A stretch of DNA of 64,000 nucleotides from Lama guanicoe (taxonomy: Eukaryota). This document shows, piece after piece, positions 48,371-60,383 of the stretch. Made by a program: the position numbers and the translations under genes. Positions within the stretch are counted from its first letter, which is position 1; the number at the start of each line of letters is the position of its first letter. The notes below the pieces were generated by a model. The model saw only the letters and a list, made by a program, of their open reading frames with translations, did no database searches and had not been told where the DNA came from. The stretch spans positions 1,005,015-1,069,014 of the forward strand of contig MU054049.1 of the NCBI GenBank assembly GCA_013239625.1. The letters run 5' to 3'.

Positions 48371-50609
48371 GTGATATCTGTACAGGCGAGCTCAAGAGTT
48401 CTGGCTGGCTGGCTGGATCTCATGCTAGTGGGATCTCTATTTGAATCTCAGGCCTGCCTCTTCCTAGGCCTGCAGTCTGAGCCTCAGAATCCCCATCTTT
48501 AAGACGGGATAATACTGCCTATCTGTAAAGATTAAAGAATGAGCAGGGAAAGGCTCATTCCGTGGCTGGCAGGGAATAGATGTCCCATATGTAGTTAATA
48601 AATGGCTAGGACGTTCATTTTTAGCCAGTGTTATTGTTGTTAACAAAATTTATAATGCTTGCTAATAATAGACCACAACAATAGTATTAAAACTTCACAG
48701 ATTATATTTTTACTTTACCATTTCTCTGTGCCAAAGCCTGTGCCAGGTATAGGAGAGGCAGAGATGGTCATGACACTGCTCTGCCTCAGAGGTTCTTTAC
48801 ATGCAGTAGTGGGACCAAGAGTAAAGAAACAGCCAAACTCAGGGCGACAAGGCCAGTACTAGGGTGCTCTACCACCAAGAGAGGAGCAGGGGGGTATCAG
48901 GAACCACTGAGCGTGCCTGGGGTCGGACGTGGGCTCAAGGAATGGTGAAACAGGAGTTCCCAATTTCAAGGGAAGCAAAACAATCCAAGGAACCTGGTCC
49001 AATATATGCTTGTCTGGGAGCCCACAATGTGCCCCTGGGAATAAGGATTTGTGAGACGTGCATCCAGCACCCAGAAACACACAGTCTAGCCACACAGCCT
49101 CCCAGACTATGCTGTGTAAGGAGATGGGCAGTTTATCAGTCGCGGCAGGGGTAGGGGAGGAGGTTTCGGGGTACACAGCTGGGTAGATGTCTTGCTGGCA
49201 TATCTTTGCATGTTATCTGTGCTCCTTGGCAGGCCCTTGCATGTCAGTGCCTCCCTACCTGCATTCACCAACCTCATTCAGGACTAGCAAGACTGCTAAT
49301 AAATTCAGTTGCCATTGCGGGGAACATAAGATGACTCGTTTAGGACTGAGTTCTTTCTTTATGGATATCCTTATCACACTTGGTCCATTTCAAGACAGAG
49401 GGTGTTCTTTATCTAAACTTCCACATTGTCACCTAGATTGTGACCATTTCTCCTTCAATGGTTGGAAAAGCCTGAAAGATTTGGTCACGGCTGGGAGAGC
49501 TGTGCTCTGTGATACTTCATGGATTTTTGCTGGAATTTGAAGGGTTGAAATTTCATCAGGAAGGGCAGCACCTCAGCAGAGGCTCTGAGCCCGGAGGGCA
49601 AGCAGGGGTCCAGCCCCCGGAAACGTCAGCCTGGCTCGTTCTCAGCAGCTGGCCTGACTGGGGCTCGGAGGGCACCTGAGAAAGCTGCACAGAGTTTTAC
49701 TGTCAAGTGAGGTATTTTTGAGAAAATCAGCATTTGAAGCTAATCCAGAAGGATACTTTTCAAGTGTTTAAATATTTAAGACAGATTGTTTCAATGTTTA
49801 AAGGAATGTAGATGTAATCACCATCTGACGGAGATAATGGGGTCTGGAGCGTTCACCCCGATTTCTCTTAAGGAGCAGCACACTTTCCCAGTGCGGGCCC
49901 CAACCCACTTCCAGAGAAGTCAAGTCCAAGTTCTGGAAAGAAATCAGGCTTGTGAAATATGCCATAGTTTTCAAGGACAGTTTCTCCGAAGCACACTCAG
50001 TGAGGTCCTCCCAAGAGGGTGGAGGTAATGAAATTGCGGGGCCCCAGCCCACACGGCTCTCAGTGAGTTTGTGTGAAACTCTTCTAACTCGGCGTGTAAC
50101 CTGTTTACCTACACCCGAGAGCTCGCTGAAGCCAGCAGGTGCTCACAGCATGAGGAGACAGTGTCACCCGGTGTCCTGGAAGTTAAACCAAGCATCATCC
50201 CATCACCAGCAAATCATGCAGTTGTGATACTCAGTCTCCCAGATTTCTCATCATCCCAGAAGCAGTGGTGAAAACAGGTGCCTCTACTCTGGCCCTGCCC
50301 AGATGCCTCTGTGCCATTTCCAGTTCTATTTGTTCTCTTGTCTGTGGTCCAGCTGCTCTGGTTCTGCTCTGTTACATCCCCAGACCACCTGTTCTCCCCC
50401 TGAGTCCTCCGCATTCCTTACAGAGATACCTCATTCTATGCTGTTTTTTTTTTTTAAGCACTAGTTAAAGCTCTTTGCAAGATGCCTTCCACCCCAGAAA
50501 TGGCCTTTCTTTTAGTGTGCAAGGGGCTGTCCCCTGCTCTTTTGGGCTCTCTGGGGGCCAAAAGGCTATTTCCATTTCTTGCTCAGTCTCTATACATATT
50601 CATTAAGAT

Positions 50610-50780
50610 TTGGTCACAGCTCTTTCAGATGTAAGTATCAGAAAGTCAATTCAAACTAGCTTAGGCAATAAATGAAATATTTTGTGTTACTGCAAAATCC
50701 AGGAGAAGATCAGGCTTCAGGAAGAGTTGGATCCAGGTATTCAAACTCTGCTCTAAGGAACCATGTCCTCTCTTCCTCTT
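50610..50780 (-). mobile_element. Old MLT1 (K/L-like) LTR fragment
   Basis: attcaaactagcttaggcaa...ggcttcaggaagagttggatccagg. Confidence 0.55.
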
Positions 50781-50794
50781 TCTTTTCACTCTTT

Positions 50795-50831
50795 CACACA
50801 TACACACACACACACACACACACGCTCACAT

Positions 50832-50862
<31 letters not shown>
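50795..50862. repeat. Interrupted (CA)n microsatellite
   Basis: Two pure CA runs separated by cgctcacataaa. Confidence 0.95.
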
Positions 50863-50864
<2 letters not shown>

Positions 50865-52559
50865 GGTATGAGATTACTAATATGTTTGAGGCAGCAGGGC
50901 AGGTGAAGGAGACCGCATGTGAGGCTGGAGTGAATTCATGCCCAGTTCCCCTGGCTGTACATCCTGGAACGAGACGGGGCTCCTGTAAAGGATGAGAAAT
51001 CACAAAGGGACTGTCTTGTTGTTGAGTGGCCTGCCGGTAGGCTGTATCTGGCTCAGCTGCAGATACATCAGGTGCCTTTTCCTGATGCACACAAGGTTGC
51101 CTGGGATCAGAGGTGGGCTACCTTGAACATGTACACACCCACCTCTCTGCCGTGTTCCCTGTACGGGCCCTAGAGACCACCCGTCCTCATCCCAGGGAAT
51201 GATGCTCACTAGCCCATCCTACAGCCATTCACCACCCCTGAAGCCAGGCCTGGGGTCAGCCGTCCAAGCACTGGGGACTGGAAGTAGGGAAGGGCTGGCT
51301 GCCAAGAGGAAGCTCTCAGTGATGCTACCCCAGAGTTTCTATTCGGCCGAGAATCATAGCTGCCTCTAACACACCAGCATCCGTGCCTCTCCATCCAGTG
51401 TGGCATTTGGCCCACTCAGGGTTTGAACTGAGTACCTCACCTTGTGCAGAAACACGGGCGTTACAGCATCCCTTGCAGGTGCAGGGACTCAGGACTTTTG
51501 TTTATTTGGTCATCTCACGTCCTCTGTCCTGGGGTGACCACACGTAGCCTTCTGTCACGGACTAAACAGTCATTCATCTCAGGGGGACTGCGCCGCTGAC
51601 ACACATCTGTCTGGCTGCAGATGTTCAAGACAACACATTTGATTTGTCCTGTGATGAAGACTCAAGCAGCCGTGAATCTCAAGGCTGCGTATGTGGAGAT
51701 TGGGGTGAAAGGAACACTCTTAAAAGACTAATTTGAAGCCCCTGGGTGGACAACCAAACAGCTGGGGATTGTTCATCCTTTTATGAAGCTCAATACTACA
51801 AACACAGCAACAGTCTCCAAAGAGCTGAAATGTTTTCCCCAAACAAGTGTTCATTTCATATAACCAAATCCCTATAAAAGGCTTCGGATAGTCATTATTT
51901 TTCTGGAGTTTTCTATTAACCAATTGGCATTCTTGTAAAATGCAGTAACTATTTCATACGTGAATTTAAGAACTGTGGAGAAACAAAGCAATTTTGTTTT
52001 GAAGTAGGATCTTTATTCACAATAAAAATACTAACTGATTAAGCTGGGTAAGGCAGCGTAATAAACTCCAGAAAATATTGTCTCACTTGATAGTTACATA
52101 AACCCATGGTTCTGTTATGGTGGTAATATTACTAACCAAATTTGACGAATGGGAAGCTGAGTCTCCTTTAGCTTAAACAGATAGTGAGGAGCAGAAATGT
52201 GGTGACGGCCCAGGTTCATTGGACACCAAAGACCAGGTGCTGAGCACTATACCAGCTGTCCTGTTTTTGTGGGAATTTTCAAGTTCTGAGAACCATTTAT
52301 CAAATCAGAATGGCCTGGATTTACAGGGTTTATCTAGATCTAAGTCTGTCAGTCTTTGAAGTAATACCAGCAGAAATCACAAGTTACTGGAATGATTGGA
52401 ATCATACCAATGACTGGAATGATACAAAGTCCCCAGGAAAGAAGTTAAAGCATGCAGGCTTAAGCGAAGGTTCTGGAATCAGACAGACTGGGTTTTGATC
52501 TCAGCCCAGTCACCTGTTGGTCCTTGGGGAAGTTACTTCTCCTCTCTTAGACTTGGTTT

Positions 52560-52729
52560 TTCTTTCTTCCTTTCTTCCTTTCTTTCTTCCTTTCTAACAC
52601 AGTGGTGATTTTTATTTTTATTAATTTATTTTTTAATTTATTATTATTTTTTAATGAAGATCCTGGGGACTGAACCCAGGACCTTGTGCATGCTAAGCAT
52701 ATGCTCTGCCACTGAGCTATACCCTCCTC
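52560..52729 (-). mobile_element. tRNA-Ala-derived SINE (Vic-1-like) inserted in a MIR
   Basis: ctggggactgaacccaggaccttgtgcatgctaagcatatgctctgccactgagctataccctcc; TSD taga(c/t)ttggttt at 52548-52559 and 52732-52743. MIR (+) halves flank it at ~52445-52850. Confidence 0.88.
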
Positions 52730-53636
52730 TCTAGATTTGGTTTCCTCATGAGGATAATAGAAAACATTTCCAAACACCAAGTTGCACTCATGGTGTCACC
52801 GTGTAGAGGAAATGAGAAAGAGTGAGTGTGGGGCTCAGCCTAACGCATGACAATGCATTTCTTTCCTCTTGCCGCAAAGTTTATGAGGTCTGCTTCATGT
52901 TATTAACACTGTCACCTTTTAGTTTTCTGAAAAATGAAAATGAAAATGTAGGGTGCACACCATCAAATATTTCAATAATTGCAAAAGTTCATGCTGCAGA
53001 CAAAGTTGATTCTGCTGTGCAGACTGAATTGGAACGTTTCCTTGACAGATGAGGTATGAAACCTCAGCGTGGCATACAAATGCAGTTTAGGAATGTTGAC
53101 GTATCTTGTAGAAGGTGTGAGTTATACTCCAGCAGAAGGTGTAACAGTCAGGTGCCGCCTGTGCACGCCGTGAGGAGTTCATTGATACTAGGTGGGATTA
53201 TTTTAATTAATGTCAAAGGTTTTAGCTTCTGTGAGCATTCTCACCACATCGCCAGTCTAGACACTGGAAGGAATGTTTTCAGCATCATTTTGAAGGGTAG
53301 GGGCCGTGGCAAAATTTCTGGTCCATTTGGAAGGGTAGGGCTGTGCTGAGGGTCTGTGTCCATCCTATCACTCTGATGAATCTGAAGGCCAAAGGGCAGA
53401 TGGTTTTCTCCTTCCCTGAGCTAAATTAAATGGTCTCCAAGCTGACAAATTGATTTTCTTCTCCTGGCCTGGTCCTGGCTCCAGAGGGTACGCTACCCCA
53501 CCTGCAGGTGCTTGGGGCTACCTCTTGGGGTGATTTTCCTTAGTTATAGGGGCCTTGGTCTGTTCACCCAGGAGGTTGGGGGCGAAGCCAGTGAAGAAAT
53601 GTGTCTGGGGTGACACTGCACTTTTCTCCTTCCCAG

Positions 53637-53843
53637 AGGCGGAGATGTGACAACATCAAGGCAGCCACTGCCTGGGCCAGGATCCAGGAGCAGCTTTTTG
53701 GGGAGTTGGGCTTGTGGAGCCAGATGGCAGTAGCCACACCCTGCTCCCAGTGGGAACTGGACTGGCGAGAAGGGCCGGCTCGCATGAGGAAGCGCATCCG
53801 ACGCTTGTCCCTGCTGGAGGCCCGGCGCCGAGAAAGGCTCAAG
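53637..53843 (+). CDS. WDFY4: WDFY4 coding exon (207 nt, phase 0/0): RRRCDNIKAATAWARIQEQLFGELGLWSQ...WELDWREGPARMRKRIRRLSLLEARRRERLK
   Basis: Acceptor ctccttcccag|AGG, donor AAG|gtaagg. Contains the W.LD..EGP.RMRKR motif typical of BEACH-family proteins upstream of the PH domain. Confidence 0.96.
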
Positions 53844-55171
53844 GTAAGGGTTAGACGAGACGAGACAAGGATGCTTCCAGGCAGGAAGTGTTCACTTTAG
53901 CATCTGATGTTGTTTTCATCGAGGGTGCTTCGCACGGGCAGGTAGGAGTGAGAACATTTGCAGTTGACCGTAGGAGAGCTGTGCTGTGTTTCTGATGCTG
54001 CTTCCCAGAGGAAAAGAATGACTAGCTCCCAGGGTACAAGAAGGGATGCTGTGAGTACAGCCTGAATGAATGGATGAAGGAGTGAGCGAGTGGTTCATAT
54101 CTACACTGCTGACCCACTACCAGGCTGACAAACAGAAAATTTAGGTAAAGTGATGTGGATGCTGTGTTTGGAAAGAGCCACGTGATGGCCACTGTCTGCT
54201 CGCACAAGTTATGTGCTGTGGAGTGGTCATAACCAGCGCCGCCAAGGACATTACTGTGCAAGCAAATCCTGTGTTGTCTTAACTTGAAACATCTTGAACT
54301 CAGCTATTTCTGCAAGCTCGGGCCAGTGCCCCACTTGTCCAAATGACCCGGAAGCTGGATTGAATTCCCAGGCAACGGGAGCTGGGCAGTCTCTGAAAGT
54401 TTGCTGTAAGGGAGCTTGGACTCTCTGTTGTCAGCCTTACATTTTTGCCTTTTAAAGGATGGAGAACCATCCTTGGGTTGGTAGTAGATATAGAAGAATC
54501 TGTTAATAGGATCTCGTGTCCTCATTGAACAGTCGTGATTTAAGATATTCTAAAAAGTAGGTTTCCGAACACTGGAACACAAGACATTTCCTTCGGCATC
54601 TGTCTAGAATTACAAGGTTCTCCAGTCTGTAACCTCAGGTTTATAAAACCTAATGAGAAATTACATTTCACTTATCAGTAGACACTTAGATTTTTAATGT
54701 ATTGTCAATAAATGGTGGTATATAGTACTTTTCCCTCAATACATTTCTTAGATGGAGGCAGGAAAAATAAACCTGCCCATAATGCTGCTGACAAGGCCAA
54801 AGGCTGGCTATGGAATTGGTCTCTGGTCTTCTGGGCTGTCCAGTTCCAGACCCTGTCCCTGGTCCCCCTCTCCAGAGTGGCCTGTACCACAGACATCCAG
54901 GATGCTGTCAGTTCCCACCTGGCATCATCTTCAGTAATTACTGTAAATCCTACTTAATGGAAGATTGTGGGTTTTTTCCCCTTTGACTTAGGAACATTAA
55001 TACTTACATTTTATTGCAGTCCTCTAGGATTTGGCATTTGGCTTCCCTTTCGTCTGAGTCTTGAGTGTATGAGTGATTTGAAGGGGTCGTACGCATGTGT
55101 GTGTGTTTATGAGTCTGTGGAACGGTGGGGTGGGGTACCCCAGATTCAGTTTCTCTTTGGCTTTATTTCAG

Positions 55172-55223
55172 GAAAGCCAAGACAGAAATGGTGCTATGTC
55201 TCAGATGAATGCTGAAAACCAAG
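55172..55223 (+). CDS. WDFY4: WDFY4 coding exon (52 nt, phase 0/1): ESQDRNGAMSQMNAENQ
   Basis: Acceptor ctttatttcag|GAA, donor AAG|gtattc; its phase bridges the two flanking exons. Confidence 0.9.
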
Positions 55224-57049
55224 GTATTCAGTTCTTCTATTTTTTATTTACTAGTTAAACCAAGTCTTGGCTTTATTTAACATCCTCTTAAAGATATGAA
55301 GTTAATATATCATAGAAAGAGAACGCTGCACGTCTCGAGTCATGAGTGCAAGGGCTTCTGTCTGTGGGCTCCCCAGAATGAAGAGGGACCCATCCAGGAC
55401 ACTCCGTTAGGGGAAGAATTTCTTACTTAGGTTTCAACAATCAGAATTTTTTTCAGGGAAACTAGCAATTTGCAATATGAGGGAAACTTTAAAGGTGTCC
55501 CCCTCACCCCCACAAATACAATACATGTTCAGTATGTGACCCAGAACACTTCGGAGGAAAACAGTAAAATGTGTTAGAGCGAAAATGGGTGGAATAGATA
55601 TTTAATACTTACGCTGAATTCTCTGATCATGGAAATGATGGAGATGATAGTCATTATTATTTCCCCAATTAAAAAAAATGCTTTGAATCACTTTGGATGT
55701 TTATGCTTATGCTTTGTGTAATACTCATGGAGGAATTTGGTTGAGGCGATATGTTGAAAATCCTGTTTATTTTCAAGGGTCATTTTGGCCCGAACACATC
55801 CGAATGCACCACACACACACATGCTCTCTCGCTCTCTCGCTCTCTTTCAAATTTTGTGTTTCTACCGAAGACTCTGCCTTGTGCTTCAGACGCCCCCTGT
55901 CTGTGAGTTTCATCGTATCCTGAGCTGCAGCTAATACCATACTCTTACCCCAACGACAGCTTCCTGGAGCTGATGTGTGTGATTTAGTGTCTCAGCACTG
56001 ATTCTGTGTGAGCCTGCTGTCTCGTCAGTCTGCAGTGACAAAGCCCAGAAGTGAGGATCGTGAGCTGTGACCCAGGTTGACTTGGGGGTGCCATTGTAGC
56101 ACAGGACTTGGGATGACATTGTAATGCCTGTTTTGGGGTTTCTCTTCTTTCCACCACAAGCCCCCGAACCCCAGGTCAGAAGGAGAGTCTGCCTGCCCCC
56201 CCCGAGAGTGAGTGGCTGCAGTGGTAAAAATCACGTGGACTAGGGCCATGGGCTGCTAAGTCCCCTCGCCCCCTTCATACAGAGCCCCTGGTCACTTGTG
56301 ACCCCAAGCCTCTTCCGTGTCTCCAGCACGGACCCCCCAGCTCCCAGTAGGGAGCTCAGCGGAGGAGAAGAGAGGGCTGTGATTCTCCAGCCTTCCTTCC
56401 TGGGTGCCTGTCTCTACGCAGTGTTTCTCTGCCTGGAGGAGAGCCTGTGATGGCTGTTGCTGTGAGCAGCAGGCACTTTCATTCATCCAGATATGAGCCT
56501 CTCAGGTGGGAGGGGGGGTCAAAAACATGAGCATCTTGGCACAAAGAAAATGGCCAGTAGCACCCTGACTTTGCAGCCATGTGCATTGTACTGCTTCGGG
56601 CAGGTGGACGCCCAGGATAGGGTGGAGGAGCAAGATCTGGGGACCCACGTAGGTATAGGCCTAGCTGGCACCCAAATGCGCATGCCCAGGAGTGCAGCCG
56701 CAGGAAATGAGGCTCGATGCGCGCACACATGATCGCAGCGCTGGAGATTTTGGTCGTCCGGAAACAGAAACTAGTTGTATCTCTGAAAAATAGGAGATGG
56801 GCCGGGTGATCCTGGAAGATTTCTGCAAGAGATTATTACACAGCCGCTTTAGTTGCTTTCTAAGAACTTTCAACGGAGTGGGAAATTACTCGTGGTGTAA
56901 TCTTGAGCAAAAAATGTAGAAAAGAAAAACTATAAATTCAGCATTAATTCTTATCATGTCCAGAATTACATATGTGCGTGCACACACTTATATGTACAAA
57001 AAAGATGTCATAAGTAAACCAGACTGAGGCCAGTGAAGACACACAGCCT

Positions 57050-57270
57050 AGAGGTGGAAAGGTCAGCGTCAGGGCTCAGAGAGACTCGGTTCAGACGCCG
57101 CCTCTAGTTCTTAGTAGCTGTATGACCTTGAGCAAAACATTTAGCCTCTGTCCACTCCCTCACCTGTGAGTGAGGATGAAGTGGAATCTACAGCCTCGGT
57201 AGGACTAGAGGAGACATGTCCTTCAGGTCCCCAGCACAGGGAGTGCTCATCAAATAGACGCTGCTGTTAG
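57050..57270 (+). mobile_element. MIR SINE
   Basis: cttagtagctgtatgaccttgagcaa...ttagcctct...cctcacctgtga. Confidence 0.7.
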
Positions 57271-57770
57271 TAGCACCCTCTCTGGGGACATGGCTGGTAT
57301 TTATTTTATCTCTCCCAATTTTTGAATGTCTCCCAATTTCACATGCTTCCAGTTTTTTACAATAAGAAGATAGTGCTTCTGTAATTAGAGGTTTCTGAGA
57401 AACTCATTCTTTTAATGGAGTTAACAAAATGTAGTTCAGAAAAAGCACTTCCCGGGTGACCCTGTAGGCAGTTGCCTTCCTGATTAATGGAGGTGAATTC
57501 TGAAATGTAGCCTGGTGGTCACTGGAGAGCAGCCAGGCCCTGGGCTCACCTTCCGGAGGGCGTCAACCTGCAGGCGTGGTCACCGCACCACGGAGTCAGA
57601 GGGGTGTGTCCACTTCCGGAAATAGTGAGGGTCCTGCTGGGATCCACACCGTTCACAGCTGCCCTGAAACCCGGCAGTTCCTCCCAGGGACTCGGGCCCA
57701 GGCTGCACGCCATCCCTCGTGACTTCTGGCGGCTCAGGCTCAAACCCAGTGTCCCTTTCTGCTGCTGCAG

Positions 57771-57934
57771 ACGAGCTGACAGCTAAGGAGGCTGAGAGCG
57801 AGGGAGAAGAGGCGACAGACTGCACCCAGCTGACCTTCTTCCCGGCCTTACACGAAAGTCTGCACTCCGAAGATTTCCTGGAGCTGTGCCGGGAAAGACA
57901 AGTCATTTTACAGGAGCTTCTGGATCATGAAAAG
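57771..57934 (+). CDS. WDFY4: WDFY4 coding exon (164 nt, phase 1/0): DELTAKEAESEGEEATDCTQLTFFPALHESLHSEDFLELCRERQVILQELLDHEK
   Basis: Acceptor gctgctgcag|AC, donor AAG|gtaaca. Confidence 0.95.
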
Positions 57935-59413
57935 GTAACACAGCCTGTCACCATTATTCTTTAAAGATGCTCAGACATGGGAGGGCTAAGCTTTCTGCAC
58001 TCAAGTGGGAGGTGATATGTCCATTCACCATCAAAAAAAAAAAAATCAATGAGCAAAAACAACAGCGCGCTCCTAAACTCGTGGTCCCAGAGCGAGGGTG
58101 CAAATGTCCATGCAGCCTGCATCAGGATGTTTGAAAGATGCAAGTCAAGCTAATGAACTGTTAAGTAAAATACGTTCTAATGTCCCACACTGACCTTTAC
58201 AAGGCAGGCTTCAGATTTAGAATTCTTGACCTTCCTGTCATTCAGCAGCTTGGCCTCCTGCTCACAACCTGACCACCCTGAGGGGTCCACCCCACAGTTT
58301 GAGTGAGGGGTCCTGGTGGGTGTGTTTGCATATCCTGACCCATATGTCCCAGCTGTCCCACACTCACCACCCTGAAACCAGCTCCCCTTGGCCTCCACTC
58401 AGGCCTGGGGAAGCACACTTGTGACATCGTCAGCCCTCAGAAGGGTGGACCCGGAGATGAAGTGTGTATGGCCAGGAGGCAGGCTGGGCCAGTTAGCAGA
58501 GACACGCACGGTTTGGGATGCCTGGAGCTGGGTTGTGGGAGCCCAGGTGTGCACATCCCCTTGGTATGACCGGAGGAGGGCTGGTGTGTCCTTTCCAGAG
58601 GCAGGTTCCTTGCAGAGACTCCTGGAGGGGGTTGGGTAGAAGGGCTGCCTTGAAGTGCATCAGCCAGATGGACAGCGGCAGAACTTCGGCCGAGCTGCTT
58701 AGCTGCTTTCAGATTTGGGTAACAACAGTTCAAGCGATGCAGTCCTGGAGCAACTCCGTCCTTATACCTGCTTAGCCCACAGCTTTCAGACAGAGAGCAC
58801 ACCTGCAAGTCCCCATCACACCTCGCCACCAGGCCTTCGCTCCTGCTGCTCCGGCTGCCTGCAGCGCTTTGCACACTAGACTCTGGGCAGCTGACTCCCT
58901 GAAGCCCATCTCGACCAGTCCCCAGTCTGAGACTTGGAGAACTGGTCTCTCCCCCATCGCTGTCTCCACTGCTCCGTTGCTCCCGGCACACAGGCTAACC
59001 TTCCTCACTTCACCTGTCGGCCTCTCTCACTGCACCCCCACCCCTTAACAGAGGGACCCCTCCCAGGTGCCTAACCACAGGCAGGCCCGGAGAAGCCATT
59101 CGGTAAATACTGGTGGATAACGATGTGTTACATTCATGTTCATTTTATTTCGATTACAGAAGTAATCCTTGTGAAAGTTTAAAAAATGGATATCAAAACA
59201 TACATATTTATATATGTGTGTATGTATATGCATAATGTCCAGCCCCTGAGTAATAACAAGCGGTGACCTCTTGGACATAGCATATAGTAATACGTTCATT
59301 TGGGTAAATGGATATTTAGTAAATGCCCACTCAGTTGAAAACAGCTAAGAGATCAATGCTTTCTTACTATAAAAACTCTTCTTTGCCTCATGCCCTTAAA
59401 GGATCGTATAAAG

Positions 59414-59572
59414 CAATGATGCTGAGCAGGGGACAGTTCCCTGAGGGACATTTGCCAACATTGGTTGGCATGACGTGGTGAGGAGGGGGTGCTGCTGGCA
59501 TCTGGTGGGCTCGGGGCGGCAGAATGTTATCACTCCGCCCCGAATGCCTATATGCCAAGGTGAGAAGTCCTG
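59414..59572 (+). mobile_element. MER20-like hAT DNA transposon, internally deleted
   Basis: gggacatttg...ggtgctgctggcatctggtggg...tgccaaggtgagaagtcctg; degenerate 8-bp TSD gtataaag/ctatgaag. Confidence 0.7.
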
Positions 59573-59726
59573 CTATGAAGGATGTACGTTCAACAGATGA
59601 TGGAGCCCCAGCCATCCCATCTACTTTCCTGATAGGATAAGGAAATACTGCATTATATGTCATCTGTCCCCATATCGGTTCTTTTTATTGTTTTGATAAG
59701 AAGGAAGCGATGCTTTGGTTTTATGT

Positions 59727-60383
59727 GGTATATTAATTTTCTTTTGCTGCTGTAACAAATGACCACAAGCTTAGTGACTTAAAGCACTACACACTTATGA
59801 TCTCAAAAGTCTGAGCACAGCATGGCTCAGCTGGGTTTTTGCTTAGAGTCTCACAGAGTTGAAACCAAGGTGTTTCTTTCTCGAGGCTCCGGGAATGAAC
59901 ATGTTTCCAAACTCCTTCAGTTGTTGGCAGAATTCAGTTCCATGCTTCCATAGGACTGAGGTCCCTGGTTCTTTGCTGGCTGTCTGCCGGGGGTCATTCT
60001 CAGCTGCCAGAGGCCACCTACATCCCTTGCCTAGCGGTCCCCTTCCTGCAACTTCAAGCCAGCTACAAGTCATGGCCATCTCACCCTGTGGACTCTCTGA
60101 CCCTCTTCTGCCTCGTCTCTCCTCTGCCTCCATCTTCCATCATCTCTCCCACCAACTCTTCTAACTTCCTCTCTGTTGCTAAGGTCTCATGGGATTACAC
60201 TGGACCCACCAGGTAATACAGAATAATCTCCTATTTTAAGTTCCACTGATTTGCAATCTTAATTTCATCTGGAGTGAAGGATAATTTCAAGCCCTTCGAG
60301 TAGCACCTAGTCTAGTATTTGATGGGATAACCAGGCATGAGGCTCCTGGGGATACATCTTTGTCCCCAAATACTTCCTGCCAT
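59727..60383 (-). mobile_element. MLT1D/E-type MaLR LTR
   Basis: gctgctgtaacaaatgaccacaagcttagtgacttaaa...gttgttggcagaattcagttcc...gattacactggacccacc. Confidence 0.8.

Larger units (their letters stand above)
2818..57934 (+). other. WDFY4: WDFY4 gene, internal part (12 coding exons; gene continues beyond both window ends)
   Basis: The spliced exons give one open frame of 609 codons resembling remembered human WDFY4 peptides (FPASVLQFL, QKLVEKLYSGMFSADPRHILLFI, WEETMLKAWQHYL, WELDWREGPARMRKRI, FFPALHESLHSEDFLELCRERQ). All introns are GT-AG with matching phases. Confidence 0.96.

Noticed and set aside
58437..58991. 184-aa minus-strand ORF as a nested antisense gene (e.g. LRRC18)
   Set aside because: No leucine-rich repeats. 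LRRC18 is nested in WDFY4 in human but, as I recall, further 3' than this window reaches.
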